DNA of 64,000 bases from Planctomycetota bacterium. Its GTDB lineage: Bacteria > Planctomycetota > SZUA-567 > H5-PLA8. The translations under genes and the position numbers were made by a program. The notes beneath the pieces were generated by a model. The model did not search any database. It worked only from the letters and a program-made list of their open reading frames with translations, and was not told the DNA's origin. Shown here one piece after another: positions 19,392-29,127 of the stretch. Every line of letters starts with the position of its first letter. Positions within the stretch are counted from its first letter, which is position 1. The DNA is taken from NCBI GenBank assembly GCA_023150555.1, contig JAKLKQ010000006.1, positions 51,726 through 115,725 of the forward strand, read 5' to 3'.

Positions 19392-19413
19392 GAGCGCGCC
19401 GCATCAATCCGAT

Positions 19414-20691
19414 TTACGAGGTCTTTGCCGAAGGCGCCTGCCGGATCAGCTCGATTGCGGTCTCGGCGAGTTGCTCGCCGCCGCCCGCCGCCAGCACGGT
19501 GCCGGGGAAGGTGGCCTCGTAGCCGCCGCGCTCGTAGGCCTCGCGGTGCGGAATATACCCCAGCGCGCCGTTGGCATACGCGACCACCAGCGCCTTGCGC
19601 GGATGCGCGCCTTCCTTGACCGCCAGCCCCAGTTCCACGAAGAACTCGCCGGGGATGGTCGCGATCGAGCATTCGTCGAGGTCGAAGATCTGGACCTCCG
19701 CGCGCGCACAGCCATTCCGCTCCATCTTCGCCAAAACCGACGGGATGGCCTGGTCGTACAGCGCCGGATTGATGAAGCGCTGCGTGCCGCGCGAGGTCCC
19801 GGCGATCTGCTCCGCGCTGGCCCGGAAGTACGGCAACTCGACGGTGCGCGCGCGCGCCGCGAGGACCGCCTCCTTGCGCCACGTCATCTTCTCCAGGGCC
19901 TGCTGCACGTCGGCGGCCAACATCGCGCCGATCTCGCCGATGCCCAGCTTGCGGCCGTCGTTCGCCGGATCCGACGTGGCGATGTTCCCGGCGGCGCCGT
20001 TCAGGAAGACGGCGTCGGGCACGCCGCGTTCCGCCAGGAGCTTCGCCATCGCGCCGGGCCAGCCGGCGCTGATCTTTCCGTTGATCCCGTTGTCCGCCGG
20101 GTGGCAGGCGTAGTTCACCCAGACGCCGAGCACCTTGCCGCGCGCGTTGCGGAAGCCCAGCACCGCCACCTCGGGGTCGACGGGCCCCTCGTAGCAGAGC
20201 GCTCCGGGATCGCTGAACTTCCCGTGCGTCCGGGTCGTGCCGTCGCGCTGCCGCACGCGGCGGTTGTGCGCGAAACGGAATTCGGGCACAGACGCGAGGC
20301 CCCACTCGACCGGCTCAAGGCGCTCCAGGGCCTGCCCGAACGCGGAGACCAGCGCGTCCCGTACGGTGGCGGCGTAGGCCGGATCGGGCTTCGCCTCGAA
20401 CGATTCGGAGATCGCGCCGCTGGCGTGGTTGTGCGTGGCGGCGACCACCAGGCGCCCGCCCGGCAGGCCGTAGCGTTCCTCGATGGCGCGCCGCACGGCG
20501 CAGACCATCGTCCAGGGCGCCCGCACGCCGTCGATCTGCAGCAGGCCCAAGCGCTCGCGCCCGCTTTCCAGCACGCAAGCGCGCACAAAGACCGGATCCA
20601 GGACCTCGGTCCCCGAAACGTGCTTGATCCAGCCCCCGAGGCAGATACCCAGCGGCGGCGTCACGTCAATCGCGGCAAATCCGGCTTTCAT
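19414..20691 (-). CDS. Neutral/alkaline ceramidase-like hydrolase (N-terminal domain family)
   Basis: Start MKAGFAAIDVTPPLG...ATHNHASGAI matches the neutral ceramidase N-terminal signature. The ORF track extends to 20940, but the ATG at 20689-20691 overlaps the upstream DegT stop (ATGA). Confidence 0.6.
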   Translation of the reverse strand: MKAGFAAIDVTPPLGICLGGWIKHVSGTEVLDPVFVRACVLESGRERLGLLQIDGVRAPWTMVCAVRRAIEERYGLPGGRLVVAATHNHASGAISESFEAKPDPAYAATVRDALVSAFGQALERLEPVEWGLASVPEFRFAHNRRVRQRDGTTRTHGKFSDPGALCYEGPVDPEVAVLGFRNARGKVLGVWVNYACHPADNGINGKISAGWPGAMAKLLAERGVPDAVFLNGAAGNIATSDPANDGRKLGIGEIGAMLAADVQQALEKMTWRKEAVLAARARTVELPYFRASAEQIAGTSRGTQRFINPALYDQAIPSVLAKMERNGCARAEVQIFDLDECSIATIPGEFFVELGLAVKEGAHPRKALVVAYANGALGYIPHREAYERGGYEATFPGTVLAAGGGEQLAETAIELIRQAPSAKTS

Positions 20692-21950
20692 GACAGGCTC
20701 TCCAGATTCGACATCACCTTGCGGATGCCCTGCGCGGTGCGGTCCACCGCCTCGGCGCCGTTCGGGTACCGCAACGGCACCGTCATACCCGTGTGCGTGT
20801 CGCAGTGGCGCCGAGCGGAGGGGAAGTTCCCCATCTTGTAGTCCACGGACCGCGCGTGCGGGCTCGACCAGGGATGGCCGTGGCCGAAGCCGTCCTTGGC
20901 CTGGAAGATGGTCATCTCGGGCAGCGGGAACGACTGCCACACGCTCGTCTGGACGCCCTCCGCCTGCAGCGCCTTAACGATCCGGTCGCGCGCTTCCTTC
21001 GGCTTCGCGCCCAGCACGTCGGGCTCGAAGCGCAGCGTGTAATTATACCAGTTCGGCAGCGCGCCTTCGAAGCTCCGCGGCAGGATCAGCCCCGGCGTGC
21101 CTTCCAGCGCCGCGGCCAGGCGCGCCGCGTTCTCGCGCTGCCGCGCCAGGTTGCGGTCCAGGCGCTTGAGCTGGCTGCGGCCGAAGGCGGCGACCAGGTC
21201 GCTCATGCGGTACATCCAGCCCAGCGCGTAGACGTGGTAATCGCGGTCCTGGTGCGGCGTTCGCGATTCGCCGAAGGACCAGAGCTGCTTCGCCGTCGTC
21301 AGCATCGCCTCGTCGTTGGTGACGAACATGCCGCCTTCGCCGGCGCACAGGCACTTGTTCTGGTTGAAGCTGAAGGCCGCGCAGTCGCCCCAGGTGCCGA
21401 CCTTGCGCCCGCGGTACTCGGCGCCGTGCGCCTGGCAAGCGTCCTCGATGACCTTCAGGCCGCGGCGCCGCGCAATCTCGAGCACGCGATCCATCGCGAC
21501 GGGAAGCCCGTGCAGGTGCACCACCAGGATCGCCCTGGTCTTTTCGGTAATCGCGGCCTCGATCTTGTCCACGTCGATGTTCATCGTGTCGAAATCAATG
21601 TCGGCGAAGACCGGGACGCAGCTGTGGTGCAGGACGCAGGTGGCCGACGACGACCACGAGTACGCCGGCACGATCACTTCGTCGCCGGTGCGGCAGCCGC
21701 AGGCCGCGATACACATGTGAAGGGCGGCGGTGCCGGAGTTGGCGGCCACCGCGTGGCGGTTCCCGTTCCAGGCCGCGAATTCCCGCGCGAAGGCCTCGAC
21801 GTTGGGGCCACAGGCGTGCTTGCCGCCGTCCAGCGATGCCAGGACCATGCGGCGGTCCTCGTCGTCGATCTGGGGCCAATCCCGGATCAGGCCGTCCGTC
21901 ACGGCCTTGGGCCCACCGTCGATCGCCAGCCGTTCCTGTACGCCTTGCAT
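20688..21950 (-). CDS. DegT/DnrJ/EryC1/StrS-family PLP-dependent (sugar) aminotransferase
   Basis: Fold-type I aminotransferase motifs (GDEVIVPAYSW, AFSFNQNKCLCAGEGGM). About 420 aa. Confidence 0.85.
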   Translation of the reverse strand: MQGVQERLAIDGGPKAVTDGLIRDWPQIDDEDRRMVLASLDGGKHACGPNVEAFAREFAAWNGNRHAVAANSGTAALHMCIAACGCRTGDEVIVPAYSWSSSATCVLHHSCVPVFADIDFDTMNIDVDKIEAAITEKTRAILVVHLHGLPVAMDRVLEIARRRGLKVIEDACQAHGAEYRGRKVGTWGDCAAFSFNQNKCLCAGEGGMFVTNDEAMLTTAKQLWSFGESRTPHQDRDYHVYALGWMYRMSDLVAAFGRSQLKRLDRNLARQRENAARLAAALEGTPGLILPRSFEGALPNWYNYTLRFEPDVLGAKPKEARDRIVKALQAEGVQTSVWQSFPLPEMTIFQAKDGFGHGHPWSSPHARSVDYKMGNFPSARRHCDTHTGMTVPLRYPNGAEAVDRTAQGIRKVMSNLESLS

Positions 21951-22040
21951 GGTGCGCGTCCTCGCTTTTTGGGCATCTTTCGACCGCAGGGAAAACGTAC
22001 GTTACCGCAGGACGCGGGGACAAGATGACATTCTTGCCAA

Positions 22041-22949
22041 GTGGGGTACGATCTTGCGCGGTGCACCATGGCAACCAAGAAGACGCGAAGCAACCGGCGC
22101 GCCCCGCCGCCCTCGCCCTGGCTCCGGGAATGGCAGGACGCCCTGGCCGCGTGGCCCGCGATCCAGCGCCTGGACATCATTTCCGTCGGGGACGTGTGGG
22201 GCCACGCCTTCCACACGACGCCGCGCCACGAACTGCTACACGTGCTGGAAGGCCGCGCCGAGATCCAGTTCCGCGGGCGCCTCTTTCACGTCGCCACGGG
22301 CGACACCTTCGTGATTCCCCAAGGCACGCCGCACCGCGACATCCGCCAGGCCGGCGCCGACTACCGCGTGCTGTACGTCTTCTTCGAGTGGCCCAAGGGT
22401 GCGCGGCTGCTGCGCAGGCTGAAAGGCGAGACCCTGACGCGGCTGCCGCAGGCCGCCAAGGCGCACGTTCACGCGATGATGAACGAACTCGCCGACGAGT
22501 ACCAAGGCAAGGACCAGACTGCCGTCGAGCGCATGCACCTGCTGCTGCTCGAGATCCTGCTCGCGCTGGGACGCTACGCGCAGCCGGCGCCGCCGGCCGC
22601 CAGCAACGCGCGGCGCGCCGCCGCCGAACGGCAGCGCCGCCGTCTCGCGGAAGCCGCCTGCGAATACCTGAAGGCTCACTACGCGGAAGAGATCAGTCTG
22701 GAGGCGCTGGCCGAAAGCCACGGCGTCAGCCCGTTCAACCTCTCGCGCGGGTTCAGCCAGGAGTTCGGAACCTCGCTCTTCGCCATGCTGGCGCGCATCC
22801 GCATGGACCGCGCCCGCGAGCTGCTCGCGTCCGGGCACAGCGTGAAAGAGACCGCTGCCGCCGTCGGGTATGCCAACGGCAACTACTTCGCGAAGGTCTT
22901 CCGGCGCGTGACGGGGCGCTCGCCCAGCGAGTACTTGGCCGCGCGGTGA
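22041..22949 (+). CDS. AraC-family transcriptional regulator with N-terminal cupin domain
   Basis: C-terminal double HTH (GVSPFNLSRGFSQEFGTSLFAMLARIRMDRARELL...VGYANGNYFAKVFRRVTGRSPSEY). Divergent from the DegT operon. Alternative start at 22068. Confidence 0.8.
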   Translation: MGYDLARCTMATKKTRSNRRAPPPSPWLREWQDALAAWPAIQRLDIISVGDVWGHAFHTTPRHELLHVLEGRAEIQFRGRLFHVATGDTFVIPQGTPHRDIRQAGADYRVLYVFFEWPKGARLLRRLKGETLTRLPQAAKAHVHAMMNELADEYQGKDQTAVERMHLLLLEILLALGRYAQPAPPAASNARRAAAERQRRRLAEAACEYLKAHYAEEISLEALAESHGVSPFNLSRGFSQEFGTSLFAMLARIRMDRARELLASGHSVKETAAAVGYANGNYFAKVFRRVTGRSPSEYLAAR

Positions 22950-23029
22950 AGTTGCGCGCTCCTTCTTGTAAGTCCTTATTTGAGGATCCTAGATAGGGGA
23001 CGAAATTAGTGCTAATATTAAGGCAAGCT

Positions 23030-23130
23030 ACTTTGTGCTGTGTAACATTTTGCACGTAGAGAACATGTTTATTGAAAACGAGTTATGAAGTAAATTGGAA
23101 AAATGTTTCACGTGAAACATTATGTCAATA
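23030..23130 (+). repeat. AT-rich conserved non-coding element, copy 1 (candidate sRNA or regulatory repeat)
   Basis: Bipartite: TGTGTAACATTTTGCACGTAGAG, then ~45 nt, then AAAAATGTTTCACGTGAAACAT (a perfect 18-bp palindrome). About 70% identical over ~110 nt to the minus strand of 48395-48530. Confidence 0.5.
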
Positions 23131-23159
23131 TTAGGTATATCGCGTAGGTCGCACAGGAC

Positions 23160-23765
23160 TTACTTCAACGCCTTCTCAAGGTCCTTCAGCACCTCGTACG
23201 GCCCGCGGTAACTCTTGCCCGCGAAGCTGCTGCTGAGTACCTGCCCGGTCCCATCGAGCATCTCGAGATCGGGAATGCCGTTGCCCGCGTAGCGTTCCTG
23301 CAACCCGCTGGCCTTGATCTGGTCGTGCTTCACCGCCAGCCACGGCATCTTGTACTCGTCGATGTACTCCTGCATCTTTGCGGTGTCGGCATCGGAGCTG
23401 ACGAAGACGACCTCGAAATCCTTCCCGCCGCCATGCGCATTGTAGAACTCCACCAGCTTGGGCGTGAATTGGTGGCACGGCGGGCACCAGCCCGCGCTGA
23501 AGTACAGCAGCACGAAGCGCTTGTCCTTCAACGCATCGGTCGAAATCGCCGCACCGTGGGCGTCGGCCAGCTTGCCGTCGAGCATGGAGCGCAAGCCGGC
23601 GTGGTCGCCCGTAGCCTGAGTTTGCGCGCCGGCCTGGGTCTGCGCTGCGGGATCGACCGCCTTGCTCTCGCTCGCGGGAGTGCCGACGATGGCGCGTACC
23701 CCGAGGAAGATCAGGCCCGCCGCCAGCGCGAGAAAGAAGAGCGCCCAGGAAGTCTTCATGTGCAA
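23160..23765 (-). CDS. TlpA-like thioredoxin-fold thiol-disulfide oxidoreductase (membrane-anchored or secreted)
   Basis: N-terminal hydrophobic anchor, a WCPPC active-site motif, and a thioredoxin-like fold of ~200 aa. Confidence 0.8.
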   Translation of the reverse strand: MHMKTSWALFFLALAAGLIFLGVRAIVGTPASESKAVDPAAQTQAGAQTQATGDHAGLRSMLDGKLADAHGAAISTDALKDKRFVLLYFSAGWCPPCHQFTPKLVEFYNAHGGGKDFEVVFVSSDADTAKMQEYIDEYKMPWLAVKHDQIKASGLQERYAGNGIPDLEMLDGTGQVLSSSFAGKSYRGPYEVLKDLEKALK

Positions 23766-23965
23766 AACTCCTTTCAGAACCCCAACGCCATAAACACCTT
23801 ACCGCATCTCCCCTGCCTTCTACATACCTTTGCCCCGCCAGGATATTCCGCTTCGCGGCGAATCCCTTTCGGGCCCGGGAATCTTCGCCTTTTCGGTCCC
23901 CAGGTTTCTGCTAGATTCGATTTCGACCGGAGAATGCCCTGCCTCTTCGTGACCATCCGGCAAGT

Positions 23966-23986
23966 CCGCCTCCTTTATAAGGAGGC
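23966..23986. promoter_or_regulatory. 21-bp palindrome CGCCTCCTTTATAAGGAGGCG (TATAAG -10-like core) 24 bp upstream of the aconitase start
   Basis: Perfect 9-bp arms around TATA. A near-identical copy (20/21) sits in reverse orientation at 60783-60804, and a degenerate relative (CGCCTCCTTATATGGG) at 17927. Confidence 0.35.
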
Positions 23987-24009
23987 GCACCCTCCACGGA
24001 GGAACCGCC

Positions 24010-26610
24010 ATGCTGGAACTCGACCGCGCCAAGACCTTCTACGCGACCCTGCCCGAACGCGTGCGCAACGTGCGCTCGAAGCTGGGCCGGCCGCTGACGA
24101 TGACCGAGAAGGTGCTGTACAGCCACCTCGAGGACATCGGCGGGCAGGCCATCGAGCGCGGCAAGAGCTTCCTGATGCTGAACCCCGACCGCGTCGCGAT
24201 GCAGGACGCCACCGCGCAGATGGCGATCCTGCAGTTCATCAGCTCCGGCCGCAAGGCCGTCGCCGTGCCGACCACCGTGCACTGCGACCACCTGATCCGC
24301 GCGCAGAAGGGCGTCGACCAGGACATGGCCGTCGCGCTGAAGGAGAACAAGGAAGTCTTCGAATTCCTCTCCAGCGCCGCGCGGAATTACGGCATGGGCT
24401 TCTGGAAACCCGGCGCGGGCATCATCCACCAGGTGGTGCTCGAGAACTACGCCTTCCCCGGCGGCCTGATGATCGGCACCGACAGCCACACGCCCAACGC
24501 CGGCGGCATGGGCATGCTCGCGGTCGGCGTTGGCGGCGCCGACGCGGTGGACGTGATGGTCGGAATGCCCTGGGAACTGCTCTGCCCGAAGCTGGTCGGC
24601 GTGCGCCTGACCGGCAAGCTCAGCGGCTGGACCAGCAGCAAGGACGTGATCCTGAAGATGCTCGAGCTGCTCACCTGCGCCGGCGGCACGAACAAGATCA
24701 TCGAGTACTTCGGGCCGGGCGTCGAGAGCATCAGCCTGACCGGGCGCGGCACCGTCACCAACATGGGCGCCGAACTGGGCGCGACGACGAGCGTCTTCCC
24801 CTGCGACGAACGCACCGCCGCGTACCTGCGCGCTACGCGCCGCAAGGACGTCGCCGAATGGGCGCTGGCGAATCGCGGGTCGATCAACGCCGACCCCGAG
24901 GTCCACAAGGATCCGAAACAGTTCTTCGACGAGTTCATCGAGATCGACCTCGACAAGCTCAAGCCGCGCATCACCGGACCGCACACGCCCGACAAGGTGC
25001 GCCCGGTCTCGCAGATGCAGGCCGACATCGAGAAGGAAGGTTACCCGCGGGAGCTGAAGGTCGGCCTGATCGGCAGCTGCACCAACAGCAGCTACGAGGA
25101 CATTGGCCGCGCCGCGCACGTCGCGCGCCAGGCGCTGGCGAAGGGCCTGAAGTCCAAGGTTCCGCTGCTGATCACGCCCGGCAGCGACCAGGTCTACGAC
25201 ACGCTCGAGCGCGACGGATTGCTGAAGCCCTTGCGCGAGATCGGCGGCACGATCCTCGCCAACGCCTGCGGCCCGTGCATCGGGCAGTGGAAGCGCGAGG
25301 ACGTCCAGATGGACGCGCCCAAGTCCGGCGACCAGGGCGAAGGCACCGCCATCGTCACCAGCTTCAACCGGAATTTCCGCGGCCGCAACGACGGCCTTAA
25401 GCAGACGCTCGCCTTCATCACCAGCCCCGAACTGGTCGTCGCGATGAGCCTCAGCGGCAAGCTCGGCTTCGACCCCGAACGCGACGCCGTCAACGGCGGC
25501 GGCGTGAAACTCGAGGCGCCCTACGGCGACGACCTGCCCGCGAAGGGCTTCCAGTTCAACGACAGCGGTTTCCAGGCCCCGGCCGCCAAGGGCGGCGGCG
25601 CCGTCGCGGTGAAGCGCGGCAGCGACCGGCTGCAGCTGCTCGAGCCCTTCGCGCCCTGGGAAGGCAGCGACCTCTCCGGCCTGCGCGTGCTGGTGAAGGC
25701 GCAGGGCAAGTGCACCACCGACCACATCTCCGCCGCGGGCAAGTGGCTGACCTACCGCGGGCACCTGGACAACATCTCCAACAACCTCTTCCTCGGCGCG
25801 GTGAACGCCTTCACCGGCGAGACCGGCGCGGGGACCAACCAGCGCAGCGGCGAGAAGGGCAAGTCCTTCCCCGAGATCGCGCGCGACTACAAGGCGCACG
25901 GCATCGGCTGGGTGGCCTTCGGCGACCACAACTACGGCGAAGGCAGCAGCCGCGAGCACGCCGCGCTGGAACCGCGCCACCTGGGCGGGCGCGCTGTTGT
26001 CGTGCGCAGCTTCGCGCGCATCCACGAGACGAACCTCAAGAAGCAGGGCATGCTCGCGCTGACCTTCGCCGACCCCGCCAACTACGACAAGGTCCGCGAA
26101 GGCGACACCGTCGCGATCTCTGGGCTAAAGACCTTCGCGCCCGGCAAGCCGTTGACCCTGACCTTGACGCACACCGACGGCACAAGCGATTCGTTCCGCG
26201 TCCTGCACAGCTACAACGCCGAACAGATCGCGTGGTTCAAAGCCGGCAGCGCGCTGAACATCATCCGCAAGAATTTCTCCGCAGCCGCCGGCGCCGCGCC
26301 CGCTGGTAAAGCCGCCGCCAAGCCGAAGGCCGCCAAGAAGAAAGCGAAGGCAGCCGCAAAGAAGACGGTCGCGACGAAGAAGAAGCCCGGGAATCACAAG
26401 GGCGGCTACGGTCGCGGCACCGACACCAAGAAGCGCCGCAAGCCCATCGGCAACGGCACCCAGCGCGGGAAGAAGGGCCGCAGCCTGAACGCGAAGGCCG
26501 CCGCCCGCGCGCGCCGCTACAAGTCCAAGCCAAAGGGCAAGACCGCGAAGGTGCTGCCGCGCGGCAAGAAGACGCCGTCGAACGTCAAGCGCGCGCGCTA
26601 CAAGCGCTGA
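24010..26610 (+). CDS. acn: Aconitate hydratase (mitochondrial-type aconitase family) with a ~105-aa Lys/Ala/Pro/Arg-rich C-terminal tail
   Basis: Aconitase motifs across ~760 aa, including the domain-4 [34 protein letters not shown], and the cluster-ligand region IGSCTNSS...[10 protein letters not shown]. The tail runs [26 protein letters not shown]...RARYKR. Confidence 0.9.
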   Translation: MLELDRAKTFYATLPERVRNVRSKLGRPLTMTEKVLYSHLEDIGGQAIERGKSFLMLNPDRVAMQDATAQMAILQFISSGRKAVAVPTTVHCDHLIRAQKGVDQDMAVALKENKEVFEFLSSAARNYGMGFWKPGAGIIHQVVLENYAFPGGLMIGTDSHTPNAGGMGMLAVGVGGADAVDVMVGMPWELLCPKLVGVRLTGKLSGWTSSKDVILKMLELLTCAGGTNKIIEYFGPGVESISLTGRGTVTNMGAELGATTSVFPCDERTAAYLRATRRKDVAEWALANRGSINADPEVHKDPKQFFDEFIEIDLDKLKPRITGPHTPDKVRPVSQMQADIEKEGYPRELKVGLIGSCTNSSYEDIGRAAHVARQALAKGLKSKVPLLITPGSDQVYDTLERDGLLKPLREIGGTILANACGPCIGQWKREDVQMDAPKSGDQGEGTAIVTSFNRNFRGRNDGLKQTLAFITSPELVVAMSLSGKLGFDPERDAVNGGGVKLEAPYGDDLPAKGFQFNDSGFQAPAAKGGGAVAVKRGSDRLQLLEPFAPWEGSDLSGLRVLVKAQGKCTTDHISAAGKWLTYRGHLDNISNNLFLGAVNAFTGETGAGTNQRSGEKGKSFPEIARDYKAHGIGWVAFGDHNYGEGSSREHAALEPRHLGGRAVVVRSFARIHETNLKKQGMLALTFADPANYDKVREGDTVAISGLKTFAPGKPLTLTLTHTDGTSDSFRVLHSYNAEQIAWFKAGSALNIIRKNFSAAAGAAPAGKAAAKPKAAKKKAKAAAKKTVATKKKPGNHKGGYGRGTDTKKRRKPIGNGTQRGKKGRSLNAKAAARARRYKSKPKGKTAKVLPRGKKTPSNVKRARYKR

Positions 26611-26638
26611 GACCCACCAGAGCCCCGTCGAAAGCGCG

Positions 26639-26675
26639 AACCGGCGGCACCCGTGCCGCCGGTTCGATTTTTTCA
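26639..26675 (+). terminator. Rho-independent terminator after the aconitase gene
   Basis: Stem AACCGGCGGCA/TGCCGCCGGTT with loop CCCG, followed by cgaTTTTTTc. Confidence 0.65.
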
Positions 26676-26750
26676 CCGCCATGTTGTATTATCGATTCGA
26701 ACGCATCCCATCGCGCTCTATCGCGTTTCACTTCAGACGTTGGAGGTTTC

Positions 26751-28331
26751 ATGGCCGAGGAAATGCCCGTCCGCCGCAACAAGATCAACCTGAAGGACTT
26801 CGAGAAGAAGGTCCGCCTGCGCAGGCTGCGCCTGAAGGACCACGACGACATCGTGAAGCTGCAGCTCATCTGCTTCCCCACGATGCCGCCGTGGACGAAG
26901 GATCAGTTCGAAAGCATGCTCAAGCACTTCCCGCAGGGGCAGCTCTGCGTGGAGTTTAACGGCAAGATCGTCGCCTCGTCCAGCAGCCTGATCCTGGACT
27001 TCGACGAGTACCAGGACTGGCACGACTGGCGCCTGATCGCCGACAGCGGCTACATCCGCAACCACGACCCCGACGGCGACACGCTGTACGGCATCGAGAT
27101 CATGGTCGATCCCAAGTTCCGCGGCATGCGCCTGGCGCGGCGCCTGTACGAGGCCCGCAAACGCCTCTGCCGCGAGAACAACCTGCAGCGCATCGTCATC
27201 GGCGGGCGCATCCCCGGCTACAACAAGCACCGCAGCAAGATGACCGCGGAACAATACGTCGAGAAGGTCCGCAACCACGACCTGTACGACATGGTCCTGA
27301 CCACGCAGCTCGCCAACGGCTTCGCGCTGCGCAAGCTGATTCCCGAGTACCTGCCCAGCGACGAGGATTCGGCCGGCTACGCCACGCAGATGGAATGGAC
27401 CAACGCGGACTACCAGCCCGACGAGAAGGCCTGGCACGCGACGCCGCGCAGCGTGCGCATCTGCACCGTCCAGTACCAGATGCGGCCGGTGAGGAACTTC
27501 GCCGAGTTCGCGCAGCAGGTCGAGTTCTTCGTGGACGCCGCCAGCGACGACCGCGCGGACTTCGTGCTCTTCCCGGAACTCTTCACGCTGCAGCTGCTCA
27601 GCTTTACGCCGACCAAGCGCCCCGGCGAGGCCGCGCGCAAGCTCGCCGAGTTCACGCCGCAGTACATCGAACTCTTCAACCGCCTGGCCGTGAAGTACAA
27701 CGTCAACATCGTCGGCGGCAGCCACTTCACATTGGAGGACGACCACCTGCGCAACGTCGCGTACCTGTTCCGCCGCGACGGCACGCTGGGCAAGCAGGAC
27801 AAGCTTCACGTCACGCCCAGCGAGCGCAAATGGTGGGGCGTCGAAGGCGGCGATTCCATCCGCGTCTTTGGCACCGACAGCGGCAAGATCGCGATTCCGG
27901 TCTGCTACGACATCGAGTTCCCCGAGCTGATCCGCGTCGCCGTGCAGAAGGGCGCGCAGATCCTCTTCTGCCCCTTCAACACCGACAGCGAGCACGGCTA
28001 CCTGCGCATCCGCTGCTGCGCGCAGGCGCGCTGCGTCGAGAACCACGTCTACGCGGCCATCGCCGGCTGCACCGGAAACCTGCCGATGGTCGAGAACGCC
28101 GACATCCACTACGCGCAGTCCGGCATCTTCACGCCCTGCGACTACCCGTTTACGCGCGGGGGCATCGGCGCCGAATGCAACGCAAACATCGAGACCATCG
28201 TCACCCACGACGTGAACCTCGACACGCTCCGCCGCCACCGCTTCACCGGTTCCACGCGCAACTGGAACGACCGCCGCACGGACCTGTATCACGTCAGCTA
28301 CCAGGATCCCGACGGCAAACTGAAAATCTGA
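26751..28331 (+). CDS. Bifunctional GNAT N-acetyltransferase / carbon-nitrogen hydrolase (nitrilase superfamily) protein
   Basis: N-terminal GNAT fold, then a CN-hydrolase domain with a Glu-Lys-Cys triad context (FPELF ... CYDIEFPE). Confidence 0.8.
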   Translation: MAEEMPVRRNKINLKDFEKKVRLRRLRLKDHDDIVKLQLICFPTMPPWTKDQFESMLKHFPQGQLCVEFNGKIVASSSSLILDFDEYQDWHDWRLIADSGYIRNHDPDGDTLYGIEIMVDPKFRGMRLARRLYEARKRLCRENNLQRIVIGGRIPGYNKHRSKMTAEQYVEKVRNHDLYDMVLTTQLANGFALRKLIPEYLPSDEDSAGYATQMEWTNADYQPDEKAWHATPRSVRICTVQYQMRPVRNFAEFAQQVEFFVDAASDDRADFVLFPELFTLQLLSFTPTKRPGEAARKLAEFTPQYIELFNRLAVKYNVNIVGGSHFTLEDDHLRNVAYLFRRDGTLGKQDKLHVTPSERKWWGVEGGDSIRVFGTDSGKIAIPVCYDIEFPELIRVAVQKGAQILFCPFNTDSEHGYLRIRCCAQARCVENHVYAAIAGCTGNLPMVENADIHYAQSGIFTPCDYPFTRGGIGAECNANIETIVTHDVNLDTLRRHRFTGSTRNWNDRRTDLYHVSYQDPDGKLKI

Positions 28332-28531
28332 ACGACAGGAAAGTGATAAAAGTTGATAGATTATAGATGAGAGATAATTGACGAACAGCTTCCCGATCGG
28401 TTCTTAATGCATCTCGATGTTCGAATCTCTCCTCTCTAATCTATTACCTCAAATCTCGAGTCCATTGTTTCGCCGGCATCGCTTGAAATCTGCCCACGTC
28501 CCGGCATCCTAGCTTTCAAAGGAGGCCCCCC

Positions 28532-29125
28532 ATGGCCAACGAACTTGCCGACTTCGAGAAGTGCTACCGGGAAGGCTTCAAACCCTGGGACAGCGGCGTG
28601 GCCTGCCCCGAGCTTCTGCGCGCGCTCGATGCCGGCGTGCTGAAGGGCAAGTCGCTGCTCGAGATCGGCTGCGGGACCGGCACCAACGCGATCGAACTGG
28701 CGCGGCGCGGCTTCCAGGTCACCGCGACCGATTTCGTCAAGCAGGCCATCGACGCCGCGTGCGCGAAGGCCAAGACCGCGAAGGTGAAGATCGATTTCCG
28801 CGTCGGCGACGTGCTGAAGGACGACTTCGGCGGGCCATACGACGCGATCTTCGACCGCGGCGTCTACCACCACATCCGCAAGGTCAACCTGCCGCGCTTC
28901 ATCGAGACCATCACCAAGGTCACGCGCAAGGGCTCGCGCTGGCTGAGCCTGGCCGGCAACGCCAAGGAACAGCACGACCCCGGCCCGCCGACGGTGAGCG
29001 AAAAGGACCTGCGCAAGGAACTCTCGTCGCACTTCGAGATCCTGGAGCTGCGCGAGTTCCGCTTCGGCACCGACAGCGAGGAGTTCCGCCCGCTGGCGTG
29101 GTCGATCCTGATGGAAAGGAAGTAG
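28532..29125 (+). CDS. SAM-dependent methyltransferase (thiopurine S-methyltransferase/TehB-like)
   Basis: Motif I LEIGCGTGTNAIELA and a small ~197-aa class I MTase. Confidence 0.8.
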   Translation: MANELADFEKCYREGFKPWDSGVACPELLRALDAGVLKGKSLLEIGCGTGTNAIELARRGFQVTATDFVKQAIDAACAKAKTAKVKIDFRVGDVLKDDFGGPYDAIFDRGVYHHIRKVNLPRFIETITKVTRKGSRWLSLAGNAKEQHDPGPPTVSEKDLRKELSSHFEILELREFRFGTDSEEFRPLAWSILMERK

Positions 29126-29127
29126 CC

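Noticed and set aside
11580-20841. Series of long shadow ORFs (11580-13280 -, 13523-15418 -, 16221-18128 -, 18354-19349 -, 19318-20841 +)
   Set aside because: Each overlaps a gene with recognisable domains (CysE-TrpC, TPR protein, LarC, FIST, ceramidase-like) on the other strand, and translates to Arg/Ala/Gly/Pro-rich sequence without motifs.
23028-23120. 30-codon minus-strand mini-ORF (MFHVKHFSNLLHNSFSINMFSTCKMLHSTK) inside AT-rich element copy 1, alignable in frame to copy 2
   Set aside because: Substitutions between the two copies are evenly distributed over codon positions 1/2/3 (9/8/7). Copy 2 has ATA instead of ATG and no RBS. Conservation is better explained at the DNA/RNA level.
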